A stretch of 64,000 nt of DNA, taken from assembly GCA_964036045.1 (NCBI GenBank), contig OZ038378.1, forward strand, positions 146,196,001 through 146,260,000, given 5' to 3'. The number at the start of each line of letters is the position of its first letter. Positions within the stretch are counted from its first letter, which is position 1. The translations under genes were made by a program, and so were the position numbers. This stretch comes from Eutreptiella sp. 'Long Island Sound 2002' (Eukaryota; Protista; Euglenida). Positions 25,201 to 38,582 of the stretch are shown one piece after another. A model generated the notes under the pieces. The model was not told the origin of the DNA. It worked only from the letters and a program-made list of their open reading frames with translations, and did no database searches.

Positions 25201-26411
25201 GACCGAACCACTATGAACGCTCAACGCTCAACACGCAATGCCCCCCTGCCCCCAACCCCCTCGACATCTGCGTGCCTGCTTGACTCCCTGCAGTTGGTTG
25301 AGATGGAACCCCCCCCCCAAAAAAAAGGCTCCCAAATTCGATCTTCCCATACTAGATTTGAGGAATGACTCCGCTGAGGCAGAGCCTCTGAGGACACACA
25401 ATCAACCATATCTCAGAAGACATGCATGTCAAAGTCAGCCTTTGGGTGCACCTGCATTGTATTCTATTTGGCTTATACTCCTTGGGCCGTGTGCTGCGGG
25501 CCGTAGGTTGAAAAACTCAGTGGGTTCAGGCGTGATTAAGGCGACTTTATTCATATGGATAAAGACATGCTACACACGGCCATACAGGTTTGTGGGGGCC
25601 ATCTGTGGGGTGGGGATTTGGCATTACATAAAGACGGTGATTCAAGAGAGCATAGGCACAAGAAGCACCGGGACAGCCACCCAGCAAAAACCCTGACGCA
25701 GTGCGAATGAATTTGCTGGAGAACAATGGTGGGAAGTGTCTACGATGGGGACATCCGATTCAACTTACTGACCACCTTACTGCCCTCCCACACACGCACG
25801 TGCACACCCACCCACCCACCCACACACACACACTTGTCGTTGCTGAAGGCACTCTTCCCCAAAAGCCAAGAGCAACACCATTTGCGTGTGCACTACAGCC
25901 ACAGCATCAATGTTGGCGATGTGCCAAGCGATGACAGTTTGTGGACATGGTGATGAGTGGCCCTAGGCTGGAATTTGTACACATGAAGCGCTAGTGTATT
26001 GTAAGCCTCCCTGAAAAGCATTGAGCGCACCGTATACTTATGCACCCTGCCCCCACTTTGTATTGCCGCTGACCACCACATATTATGTGGTGGTGGCTTA
26101 TAGACAGGGTGATGAGCGCCCTCAGGCAGGATTGCTGCAGACTGTAGACACAAAGTGCCATTACTTTGTTGTATATTTTCCAAGAAGCTCTATGCAACAC
26201 CATCTGCCGTTTGTGACATATGATACATTGCCACATGCGTGTGACATGCTGCGCAGTAATGCATGTGTGATAATGCAAATCCACTCAACAAATGAAGGAC
26301 ACCTTTGGGTCTGGAATTCTCCCAACCAACGGCAGAGGGGAAAGCTGGGATGTGTTTAGTGCTTGGCCTACCCTTGGGGGGTGGGGGCGGATAGGTGGGT
26401 GAGTATTAGGG

Positions 26412-28876
26412 AAATTCTATTGCCTTCGGCAAGTCCACCTCGCAGAGATTCTACCCCAAGCCACACACACCCTAAATAGGGTAAAAACTACATAAATACG
26501 GCCTAAAAAATGCTTTACATACCTTGGATGGTCATTTTAAGTGGTGACAATATCAAAAAAACAGGTTTTGAAAACTTCGATTTTTGAGCTGCCCAGGGTG
26601 AAAAACTACATAAGCAGGTTGTGTACCAATCCCTTGGGAGCCCCCCCCCCCCCCGTGCGGCCAAAACCCAAATAGGGTGAAAAACATGTAAATACGGCCT
26701 AAAACGTGCTTTACATACCTTGGATGGTCATTTTAAGTGGTGACAATATCAAAAAAACAAGTTTCGAAAACTTCCATTTTTGAGCTGTCCGGTTTGAAAA
26801 ACTGCATTAGCAGGTTGTGTACCAATCCCTTGGGAGACAGCCCCCCCCCCAGACCTAATACCCAAATAGGATGAAAAACACGCAAATACAGCCTAAAACA
26901 TGCTTTACATACCTTGGATGGTCATTTTAGGTGATCACAATATCATAAAAACCAGTTTTGAAAACTTCGATTTTTGAGCTGCCCAGGGTGAAAAAAAACT
27001 ACATAAGCAGGTTGTGTACCAATCCCTTGGGAGACACCCCCCCCCCCCCCCCCGGGACCTAATACCCAAATAGGGTGAAATATGCGTAAATACGGCCTAA
27101 AACATGCTTTACATACCTTGGATGGTCATTTTAGGTGATCACAATATCAAAAAAACCAGTTTTGAAAACTTCGATTTTTGAGCTGCCCAGGGTGAAAAAC
27201 TACATAAGCAGGTTGTGTACCAATCCCTTGGGAGCCCCCCCCCCCTCCCCCCCGGACCTAATACCCAAATAGGGTGAAAAACATGTAAATACGGCCTAAA
27301 ACATGCTTTACATACCGTGGATGGTCATTTTGGGTGGTCACAATATCAAAAAAACAAGTTTTGAAAACTTCGATTTTTGAGCTGCCCAGGGTGAAAAAAA
27401 AACTACATTAGCAGGTTGTGTACCAATCCCTTGGGAGACCCCCCCCCCCGGACCTAATACCCAAATAGGATGAAAAACACGCAAATACAGCCTAAAACAT
27501 GCTTTACATACCTTGGATGGTCATTTTGGGTGGTCACAACATCATAAAAACCAGTTTTGAAAACTTCGATTTTTGAGCTGCCCAGGGTGAAAAAAAACTA
27601 CATAAGCAGGTTGTGTACCAATCCCTTGGGAGACACCCCCCCCCCCCCCCCCCGGGACCTAATACCCAAATAGGGTGAAATATGCGTAAATACGGCCTGA
27701 AACATGCTTTACATACCTCGGATGGTCATTTTAGGTGATCACAATATCAAAAAAACCAGTTTTGAAACTTCGATTTTTGAGCTGCCCAGGGTGAAAAACT
27801 ACATAAGCAGGTTGTGTACCAATCCCTTGGGAGCCCCCCCTCCCCCCCGGACCTAATACCCAAATAGGGTGAAAAACATGTAAATACGGCCTAAAACATG
27901 CTTTACATACCGTGGATGGTCATTTTGGGTGGTCACAATATCAAAAAAACAAGTTTTGAAAACTTCGATTTTTGAGCTGCCCAGGGTGAAAAAAAACTAC
28001 ATTAGCAGGTTGTGTACCAATCCCTTGGGAGACCCCCCCCCCCCCCCGGACCTAATACCCAAATAGGATGAAAAACACGCAAATACAGCCTAAAACATGC
28101 TTTACATACCTTGGATGGTCATTTTGGGTGGTCACAACATCAAAAAAACAAGTTTCGAAAACTTCGATTTTTGAGCTGCCCGGGGTGAAAAACTGCACAA
28201 GCAGGTTATGTGCTGGCCCATTCACTAGGCCATTATTGGTGGAAACAGTCATTTCGCGTCTTTGGCATGGGTTGTGAACGGCCCTAGGCAAGGCTAGAGA
28301 CTGCAAAAAACGTCCTTCCGTATCCTAGTAGGCATATACTGTCACAACATCCCCACTCACACCCCTCCGAGTGGGTAGCACGGGGTCACCGAGGTTGCCA
28401 AAACCGCCAACATAGCAAAAATGGCTGAAAAGTGCATAAACTGCACCAGCGCTCGTCCCACTCTGCCCCATACAAACCCTATGGAGTCGGGACCCGGAAA
28501 CACTTTTTCGGCTCAAAATCAAAAAAAAAACCAAAAGATTCATGATTTTCGACCCAAAAAAAGGGGGGGTCATTTTTTTTGACATTTTTGACCCCCCCCC
28601 CCCCCACCCCCCCCACCCCCCCCCCCCCCCTCCCTGAAAACCTGAAAAAAGTGGGTTTCAAGTGGGGGGGGGTCTGGGGGGCTCCGGACCAAAAACTCAT
28701 TGGGGGATGCGTTTATTGGACAAAATAATGATTTTACAAGGGGTTAAACTAACAATTCAACCCCTTGGGGTAGGGTACGCGAATAGGCCCAAAAAGGCCA
28801 AAATGGGGGGGTATGTGGCGTTTTCCCCATATATACGCCTGCCTGGCTTTGATCTAACAACCTCTGCGAGGTGATT
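26412..28876 (-). mobile_element. Non-autonomous Helentron/Helitron2-like element, copy 2 (inverted relative to copy 1)
   Basis: Reverse complement of 7772-9804: AAATTCTATTGCCTTCGGCAA at 26412, 12-bp inverted repeats at 26436-26447 and 28862-28873, the same unique 5' segment with the G/C-run tract, and a longer internal array. Confidence 0.78.
26465..28205 (-). repeat. Tandem array of about 9 units of ~198 bp with 3-mer higher-order structure
   Basis: Marker TTTTTGAGCTG occurs 9 times. Diagnostic unit variants recur every ~598-600 bp. Confidence 0.92.
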
Positions 28877-30564
28877 CTGGGTGTTTTGGTCAGGTTGGGC
28901 AGTGGGTGGGAGGAGTCCCCAACAGCCCCCCACCCCGCACCCCTGGTGGGGGTGGGATATTTTGGGTTTTCTCAAAAATTGGATGGGTGGGTCTCTAAAT
29001 TGACCCCCCCCACCCTTTCAGGATAAGCACATCCCTGGCCAGAAGCAACCCTGAACTCCGTGAGAATCATCCCCACACCAGACTGCAGGAGATGCCAGTT
29101 GTTTTTCCACATATTTTTTCTTGCAACTTTCATTTACAATGGTTTGCATAGTGTTCCCTTTTTTTGTTGAAGATTGCGGAAAGACCTTCGCTTGAACACT
29201 AAGAAGCTGGCCACCCCAGGCTGAAGGAGGCAAGGGGGTGCAGGTGTTGAATGGGTATTCAAGGAGTCAATGTTTTTTTGGCAAGGTGGGTGAGCAAGAT
29301 GGGCAACATCTGGCGTAGGATTGCACATCTCTTGGTCGATCGAGTTGTGTTGCTTGTGTGCCGTCGGCATAAATACATTTTCTGCGGTTTCACCGGTGCT
29401 TCAGTGTTGGGGTTGCCTTGGTGGTTGGATTGGGCAGCCCCTGTTGATGAGTTTGTTCATTTTCTTATGAAGTGTCTTGGAAACCTTTTTTGTTTTTTGG
29501 TGTGCTATTTCACGACCCCAGTTGTTGAGGCTTTGTCTGGCTTGCAGGCTGTTGAGGGTTGCTGGGATGCCGCTGAACCAACTGTATCTCTGCAGAATCG
29601 CTCTCTCCAGCCTCACATGGTTGACGCCAGATTATTCCCCAAGTGTGCAGATTCCATTGAGACCAGCGACGTTGTGTCCTCCGTACCCTTGCATTTGAAT
29701 GCAGCGAAGCAGCAGTTGCTGCAGCAGCGGTGTCGCCTGCTGAGCACGCCCGGGCCATACAGCCCCAGAGCAAAGTGTAGTCTGCCAGGGCGGCACACCA
29801 CACATGTCGCTGGTTAGTTTTGACTGCGTCAAATGCTTAGTGATACCGATTTCGAGTCAAGAGACTCCATATTAGTCCAACAAAGAGGATAGGTCCAGAA
29901 ATGCAAACTGGGAGGTGGAACATACACTTGGGGCCCCTGAGGCGTCTGAGCCCCAATAAGGAGGAAGAGGGTCAGGTAAGGGGGGGAGCAACCTCCCCTC
30001 CTCATGTTTTGGTAGTATATATATATCGGCTTCCCTTGGTGTCGTTGTGGATTGTCCCACTCTTCCGGGGCGGCCCGGTCTTCTCCGCAGCCACTGTTTT
30101 CTGGACCCTAACTGCCTCCCACAATGGCATTTGCATCGGAAAGTATCCTCCCCGGCTGTTTCCCACCCCCTCCAGCTGCCTCCAGAACCTAGCCCGAAGG
30201 TGGGATAGGGCTAGCAGTGTGGAAAAGAGGCTCAGACAACCCGTTCAAACTGATTACCCCCACCAAACACATGATTGTGTGCTGGTCGACAGCTGTCGCG
30301 CCTCCCATACCTCGCGGCACCAAGTCCCACATCCAACGCCCCGCATCGTGCATCTCATATCCCATGTTTTGCTCCATGTCAAGCTCAACACTACCTCCCC
30401 TGTCTCCTGTCTCGTCCTTCGCTTCATCCCTCACCCCGACGCCTCCCGCAAAAGTACAAGGGCAACTCACACAAACAGACTTCACGCTACCTCACGCACC
30501 TCATGTGTGGCATGCCCCACGCCGAGGCCTTCTACTTCAGTGCCGGGTCATGACCCTGCGTTCG

Positions 30565-30890
30565 CGCGCGCGGGGTCGGGAATCGGGGACGGGAATCGGT
30601 ACGGGCAGGGTCGGGGGCCGATGCGGGCGGGGTTGGGAATCGGCGCACGCGGCGTCGGGAATCGGCGTGCGCAGGGATGGAATTCTGTGCGCACAGGGTC
30701 GGGAATCGGTGTTGGTGATGTCGGGAATCGGCGTTCGCGGCGTCGGGAATGGGCGCACGCGGGGGCGGGACTCCGCGCGGCTGCGGGGACGGGAATCAGC
30801 GCGCGCGCCGTTGGGACCCGTCCCGCACGGGGGCGAGAATTGGCGCGCGCAAGGTTGGGACTCCGCGCGCGCGGGGTCGGGAATCGGTTA
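30565..30890 (+). repeat. GC-rich degenerate minisatellite, unit about 20-21 bp (GCGCGCGGGGTCGGGAATCG-like)
   Basis: Repeated GGGAATC(G)G cores interleaved with GCGC blocks; explains the overlapping Gly/Arg-rich ORFs at 29901-31251. Confidence 0.85.
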
Positions 30891-32449
30891 CATATCACGA
30901 CCTGGGCCCCTCTGCGGCTGCACTGAAGCTGCTGCTGTGCTGTATATAGACTGCCATGGGTTTCCCATCCGCTGTCCGAAACGGACACTCGCGAACTTTT
31001 CCGACCCTTTCCGAAGCCGGGTCGGATGCGTCATTCAGCATCATCCCCGTCGCAACGCAACCACGAGGCCAATCCGCAGTCCTCTGGCATTTATTTGTTG
31101 TGCTTCTCCGGAACACCGGAGTGAACGTGCGTATACATCACTTTTCTCGCGACCTTTTGCACCATTTGTCCGGCCTCTGCCGCCCATTTGTGTAAGAGTG
31201 TTGCTCTGTGGGCGGGGGGATGTGCTTCCGGTGAGAAGTTACGGAGTTTGATGACCCTGAAGAAGCCTGAATGCATCCCCTGCTGAGCCCTAAGAGAACT
31301 TTCATAACTGTCCCAGTCGAAGTTGCTGCCCCCACCCTGAGATTGTGTATGCCTGGGTCATACTTCAGCTGCAGCTCGTTGCTGCGAACTATCACCTGCC
31401 ATTGCCATCGCCGACCGCCAGTCCCCCCTCCTGCCCATGGGGGCAAAGGATCATCCTTTGGAGGGCGAAGCCCCCTGTTATGTATTGGAAAATTATGATC
31501 TCCCTCCTCCTGTACCTGCCTCCGCCGCAGAGTTGCAGAGGGTCAGAGCATGGATACTTCCGACGGCGTTCCCCTGGTGGACCCCGACCCCCCTCTCCAC
31601 TCTTTGCCGTCTGCTCCGGCCCTGTGATCCAGACCCCGGGGGCGCCGGGAAATTGTGACCTTCTCCCAGGCCCCTTTTCTCTACTCAACTCCGACAGTCA
31701 CCCCCGATGCATGACAATGGCTCCGGACGGGGGCAGGCAAAGAGTAGCATGCCCCCTTGCTCAGGGACCCCTGCAACAGAGCCCAAGCAAGCGGAGCCCT
31801 CTGGGCGCGGCAGTGGGTCTGCGGGGTGTGGCTCCACCAATGCAGCACTGAAACAGGGCTGCCGTGCCGCACAAGGCACAACCCCCACCCACTGTCGTCT
31901 GCCTGGCCAGGGCAACTGTTCCAGGCAGGCAAGTACGGGGAGAGGACACTGAAAAACCCTCCTTCAACAGTCCAAAAAAAATGCTATCTGGTATTGAAAA
32001 ACACAGAAAATCCGCCAGACCACACGGGAGGGGGAGTATGGCAGCATCCTCCCAGCTTTGTCGCACCCCCACCACAGTCGCACTGGGTACCTCACATCGA
32101 CTTGTGGAAAGAGGAGAGACCCTCCACAACCGCTGTCCCCGACCGTGATGGTCGTGCCTCCCAGGGCCGTTGGCTGGGGCAAAGAGGAGAATCTCAAAAG
32201 CTGCAAATGAAGCGAGTTGATGCTCCTGGATGTGCAGGCAGAGCTCGGCCTCTGCCTGCACGATCTCTTGCATCTTGTATTTTCCATAACATGCTATCAG
32301 AACATCAGCAAAAAACCCACTTCTTTGGGCTATCATGGTGCAACGTTGTTGAACTGTGATGGTTGATATTCCAGCTTGCCTTCTCATGTGCCCCACGTTG
32401 TTTTGCAGTCATCTGAACATACTAGTGGGTCATGTTGAAGCGAAATAGT

Positions 32450-32660
32450 GGCAGTCGGGTTGGCAATTGTTGACAATTTTCAACAGAGAAATCATCAAAT
32501 TTGCTTTATGATTTTCACTTTCGTTGGGCAAATTCCAAACCAAATCCAATATACATTTGAATGGCTTCCGGGGAGTGTCAGTTTGTGTTTGTGGACAATT
32601 CAATTTGGACAAACTGTTCAAAAATGTTCCATTATCAAGCTGATGCAAGCAGAACCGGGT
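32450..32660 (+). pseudogene. Possible second Penelope-like RT remnant
   Basis: A stop-interrupted frame gives VCVCGQFNLDKLFKNVP, resembling the Penelope RT motif xFDVxxLFTNVP. Single motif only. Confidence 0.25.
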
Positions 32661-35600
32661 AAAGGCATTCAAACAGCTTGGTTTGGGACCTTGGGCCTGG
32701 TAATGGATGTGGCCACGGGGGCTGCAGCAGCTGTACTGTAGGTTGCACAGATTTTAGAGGCCGGAGGGTCAATTCCGTTTGTGAATGGCAGTTAGCGGGT
32801 CATTTTGGCTAGTGGTCAGTGGCAGTTGGCAGATCATCTTGGAAAACACCAGCCTGTTACCAACCGCTGCATGAAAAACACGTCTAAAATCACCTTTTAC
32901 CAACCGCTGCATATATGAACTATTACCACCCCCTGTAGCTTCAAGGGAAACACATTCTCACTGACCAATCGAGTAGAAGAACCCGGGACAGGGCCAGAAC
33001 TGGTTTACCCCGATTTTGTGGCCCAAAAGTGTATGTTATTGACTTTAAAATCGCTGTTTTCTGCCCGTCTCCGCGAGCGATGATTGTCGCCATCGCCAGA
33101 TCTTTTGTGAACTTTTGAGATTTTATTTTTCGATTTTTCGGGGTTTTGATAGTTTTATGCACAGAAATATTAGTTTCTAGACTAGGCACATCGTAGGGCA
33201 ACAATGTAACAAACAAGCAAGTGCTGATCTGTGAGGGTGTATTTTTGGGTTGTAGGTCAAGTTGGCGATTTTTCATAAATTCACCATACCGCTATTTCAA
33301 TCATGCTAGTTGCCAATAGTATAGGGCAGTAGGCATTGTGTGCATGCATGGTTTCATTGAGCGTTGAAACGACGCATGCCGGTGTCTACGTGTGTAGGGG
33401 GGAGCGACGCGAACATGTTTTTTTTGGGCCAAAATGGCTTTACTTCATTGTATTGCACTCTCCTACCCTGGGTATCCGTCCCCCCACCCTGAGCTGGACA
33501 CCACGCGTAATGCGCAGTTGCTCTTGACGGTGTCAACGCGTTGTTCGTCGACCAATGTGATTTGTCTTTGAAGAAGTAGATTGATAGTTTGGGATAGGCT
33601 GCACCAAAACACCAACAACAAAAGCAACAAAAATCTCCGATCTGATTGAGAAAGCGGCGAAATTAGCACAAAGGCCAGTTTCTTCGCTTTTCGTTTCACA
33701 TTTGCTAATCTTCAGTCTTTAGCATCATTTCGAGTTGTTGTGAAATTCTTGTCGAATTTGCAATTACATTCTGGTGAGCGCACAGTGTTGGGCTATTGCA
33801 AAAATTAAGAAGATTTGCTAGCCTAGCTTTGGAGCAACAACAGTCTTACAAGCCATCACCGATGCGTGAACACATATTTGTACAGCTGCACACTTCTGCA
33901 GCCCCCTGCGAGTCCCTTACCCTAATTCAATTGCACTTTGGCCAATGAATTGCCTTTTTAGGATGGCCAAACTAGTTCACTACGCCAACCGGCAGCTCTA
34001 ATGCTGATGTTTTTTCGCACCTACCAGCACGCACATAGGGAAAAATCTTTTTCTTTTTTTGTGGAGTGGTTGCTCAGGCTGCGTATGGGCGTTTCAAGAT
34101 GAGGTGTATGGCATAACACGTGAGCGTTGTGCAATGGCAGACATTGTTGTAAACCAAAAACCTGTGGATAATAACAATCATCTGTACGCAATATTTACAA
34201 TTTTTTTTTGACAAAACACTCCCCCTTTCATCGGACTCATCGCTGTCATCCAGCCAGCAACCACACGGGGCTGCACCCGCCCTTAGGTAGCTTTTTGAGG
34301 CTCATTACACTCAGCGTTATAAAAAAAAGAGACAGAGTACCGCATATACTGCACATTGCTTCAAAAACATTGGTGCATCACAAAACTGCACCAACATATT
34401 TGTAAGAATCATGCTATTCCGCCCGTTTTGATATATGGTAATAAATTTAAAGGTTTTTGGCCTTAGTATTTTTTTTTTGTGCATTTCTCCAGTTGTTATG
34501 ATTTTCATTGCACTATAGCAGACTCTTACTAAGACGGAAATTTTGGAATTCAAAAGGCGACTTTGACTTCTGTTTCGGTACAAGATATTTTTTGACAGTT
34601 TTCAGCTATTCGTTCGATTGCCTTTCATGGTCTATCAATAAAAGTGCCCATCGACCTTTACTAACCGAGATGTTACTAGAGTGAGAGTTCTTACAAGCGG
34701 AACCTGTGCTCCGGGCTATATACCATCCTTGGATTGTTGGTGGAGTCCATGGTAATGGCAGCTTCCCTGAAGTTTACCGACTTGTATGCTATGGGTTCTG
34801 CACATTGTTGGACTGATGACGGGATGGTGGCGCACTCTATTTAGGGTATTGTGGGTTCCCATTGTCAGTGACTTTTTTTGTGTATCGTGTGCCTCGGAAC
34901 GATGCGTTGTCGCTTGTTGGTGCTCTAATGGGTGTTTGATATTTCCCATAGTTGTCCCACACCTCAACATCCCCGTTCAGGTTGTCTACGTCAAGCTTGC
35001 CGAAGGACTCCAGCTCCGGCTTAGCGTCCCAATATACTTTGCACCCCGTTGATAGGGCCTCGTTGGGCCAGCCTTTTCCATACCCTCCCTGCCTTTGCAC
35101 TTGTGCCATAGTCAAGTTTTGTCGTTTCAAAAGGGTATTTGGACTCTAGCTTTGAACTGGTACTTGGAGTACGGTTGCTCCACCAGTGGCGGTGGAGGCA
35201 CCGGTGTTTCCAGTTCGCTTCCGGATCAGACGGGGCTTGTCGGGCACCGTTCCACTCGCCGATGCTACCAAATTGCCCGCCATGGTTGATGGGGCCGAAG
35301 TAATCTCCAAAGCCTTGTTGGGTAGCCGGCGTACTTCTTGGCCCTAGCTTTTACAAAATTTTTCACAAAACCTTTTCAACCTGGGCGCCGCGGACACCAC
35401 ACAATCTACAATTCGTCTTGACCAACGCTTGCTGTGCGCCGGCACCACCGGCTGGTACATGCTCTATGTCATGTAACCAGAGGCCGGTTGAGAAAGTTGA
35501 CTTGGTACGGTGGCTTCCATGCTCAGCCGCTACAAGAGCAATGTTGGCGTCATGAAACTCCCCGCTCAAGAATTTGCCCATGTTGAAGAGTGTCCGCTAG

Positions 35601-38532
35601 TGTTTGAAAATGCAGCTTGGTGAATTGATTGACCCGGAAAATATTTGTTTGAGATTATGAAGCTGTAGCGTACCTTGTGCTAGGTTGGTACCAGACCCTC
35701 GGCATTCGCTGACATCCAAATCCATCAAATCCACCAAATACTGATTTTGAAATCAGGACATTTGATGCCAATTAAATTTACTAAACACCACTAAAGCACA
35801 TACCAGACCTTTTCTAAAACATTCAATTGTTGTTGGGGTGCTTTTAGTCTCTTTTTGGTGAGCTGTGCAAGGATTTATGAACAAACGTTACCTCTTTTTC
35901 ACCACACAGTGTTTCTGAGACTTCCGAATCATGTAAACATTTGAAATTAAAAAAATCAAATTAAATGAAAACATCTGAAAGCCTGATGTTTACATTCTTG
36001 TTGGTAGATCCCCCGTGCAGCACCTCATTCCCCCGTAATGCCGGTACTACGGTGACAGTACAGGCGTGCGAGTTGACACCGCATACGCCAAAACAAGCCA
36101 CCCACCTCCTCTACTGTATGACGCACCACCACAAACCCACCGATGTTTTCGCCGTAGATGACCGGAGTTGCTTTGTTGAAACTCTTCTTTTGAATTGGTT
36201 GGAGGAAGTTGTCATATTTCTTCTTGATCTTGTTTGGACTGCGGAAAAGGGTTGTTACTTGGTTTTGCTCGCGTTAGGTGGAGTTCTCTTTCGTCACCTT
36301 CGGACAAGATACAACAACCCAGTGCACTGTCCCTTATCATAGCATTGCGCGTGCCCGCGCAACTGTGTAGGTTAGTGGCGAACAAAATGCAAACAATCCT
36401 CAACGCAAGCCACAGGACACACACACATATGTGTTGTTATTCCAACTTCACACATTGCAAGGATGCTGTATAGCAAAACATATGGACAATCGGCAACCTG
36501 CAGCCCCTAACAAAGGTTAACAAAGAGCCAATACAGGGTTACACATGCCCGCCATGCCCCTTGTGGAAACCATGAGCTACCGATAAAAGGGTCAACCCCC
36601 CCCCCCCCCCTCACGTCACCTCGTCCCCACGTCACTTCGTCACAACCCCCCCCCCCCCCCGGGGGTTCACATAAACTGCAGGGGGCAGGGGGGGGGGGTT
36701 CTCCCCGACCACTCCGGGCTGCATGCCTGCATACTTGCAAGCCGACAACAGCCAGTGATGTTGCTGACCTAGCAATTTGCACCTTGGCTGTCGTCGTGCC
36801 TGTGCAATAGGCAATAAAAGCCATCTGATTGCACAGCAATGGATAAATGTCCTCCTACTCATGCACACAGGCAGGTGTAGAAGTACCCAACTGAAGTCCA
36901 GGCGCGGTTGCCCGCACTCCGCCTCTTCCACAGCTGCAGCTTTGCAATGGTTCGCATGTGGTAGGTTGCAACCAGGTGACGCTTGCATCAGCCCCAAGGC
37001 AAAGGTGGTATGAATACAGCACGACATATATGCGATACGCAATCCAGTCAAGCCTGTGTCTGCAACAGAGTGAGCCACTTGAGAGCGACCACCATCCGCC
37101 TCAAAGAGGGGACTTCAAAAAAAAAACCGAGGCAGTGTCAGATGTTATAAAATTGTACATTACATTGTGCCCTAACGCCACAGGGCACTGCTCCGATGAA
37201 AAAAAGGCCAACAAAACAAAGGAGATGCCCAGCGAAGGCAAAGCCATGCTTGTGTACGGCGTGTCCTGTGACAACGCATTGTAGGGTTCAACATATTGCA
37301 GCTGTCCAATGCTCTTGAAGGCCATGCTCACAACCCTGCAGCGCAAACACAGCCAAGGTCGGACCTTGCTGGGTGGGTTTGCTGATTCAATCACCCAGGC
37401 AATTGCTTGCCATGGACCGAAATCCATCCAACCATTCACCGCCGTCAGGGGTTTGTTGGTAAGATTTGGGACGGGGGTTTTTTTTTGGTAAGATTGGGTA
37501 AGGTGGGATTCTGGCGGGGGGATTTCGGTACAAAAACAGGGGGTCTTTTAGTACGCACCAGAGGGGAGGGCTGCCAGAAATGTAATACTGTTGGGCAATG
37601 ACCTCATCAGCACATGGAATTCTGGTGTTGTTGGAGTGGACACTGGAAGTGCTGTTGGAACATGTTTGGCCTGCTTGGGTGTGCCTCTGGTACAAGCAGT
37701 GCATTGACGCTGGGGCTTGGAAAGCCAAACAATCATGTGAAAAGCTGCTTGTGCATGGCAGCCGTGTTGAGCCTTGCGTGACTGCAATTGACTGCATTTT
37801 GCATTCCAAACTTATGCAGCAAGCAGCGGCCCTCATCGTCTCGTGGTGCTCGCGGTGCCAGCCCCCCTGCTACTGTCACAACCCTGTGTGGGTGGCCACA
37901 GGTATCCTCAGAGACAGCGTGGAAATTGTTTTTGGCGTACAGGGTTCATGCACCTTTGCGACCAGGCAGCAGCCTGACCGGCAAACTGAAATACAACGGC
38001 AGTGAGTGCTCGGGTCTGGAGCGGAGATGCCATTGGTTAGACTTGGCTACACAGCAACCTCCTCAATGCGTGCTGAAGGCACTCAGGAAATGGTGGCGCC
38101 ACTCAGAAATGTCCGGGGAAGCCTGCTCCCTGCCAGAAGGCAAGGCAAGTCCCGGGTGAGTTGGGGGATGTTGGAGCTGAGTTGTTGAGGGGGCCTACTG
38201 GGGCATGGGTGTAATTACAGAAGGCAGCCTGGCCTGGCCCTGCCTGACATGTTGTTGAGGAGCAATGTTGGATCGGGTGACCAGGGTCGAGGATGGGTCA
38301 GTATGTTCTGGCTGCCTAGATCAGGAGGTCAAGCAGTGCGAAGGGGCACAGGCTGCCCGCAGTCACTGTGTTCCAAGGGCCCCACCTGAAGCGCAAAGGA
38401 GGCAGATTCTGGACTAAACCTTAGGGTTAGGCTGAGGGGTTGGGTTTGTAGGGTCAGGGTCACCGAGCTGGTGGAACCAGTCTTGGTTTTATAACCCTTT
38501 TTAGGGTCTAGGGTGGACCTACCAGGTTTAGC

Positions 38533-38580
<48 letters not shown>
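38533..38580. repeat. (GCAA)n microsatellite
   Basis: Seen directly; about 12 units with GCA interruptions. Confidence 0.95.

Positions 38581-38582
<2 letters not shown>

Noticed and set aside
29901-31251. Two ORFs of about 340 aa
   Set aside because: They stay open because of the GC-rich minisatellite and show no domain signal.
36830-36910. Tyrosine-recombinase box I-like VLLLMHTGRCRSTQL
   Set aside because: Spacing does not fit LLxxTGxRxxE and no HxxR/Y box follows.
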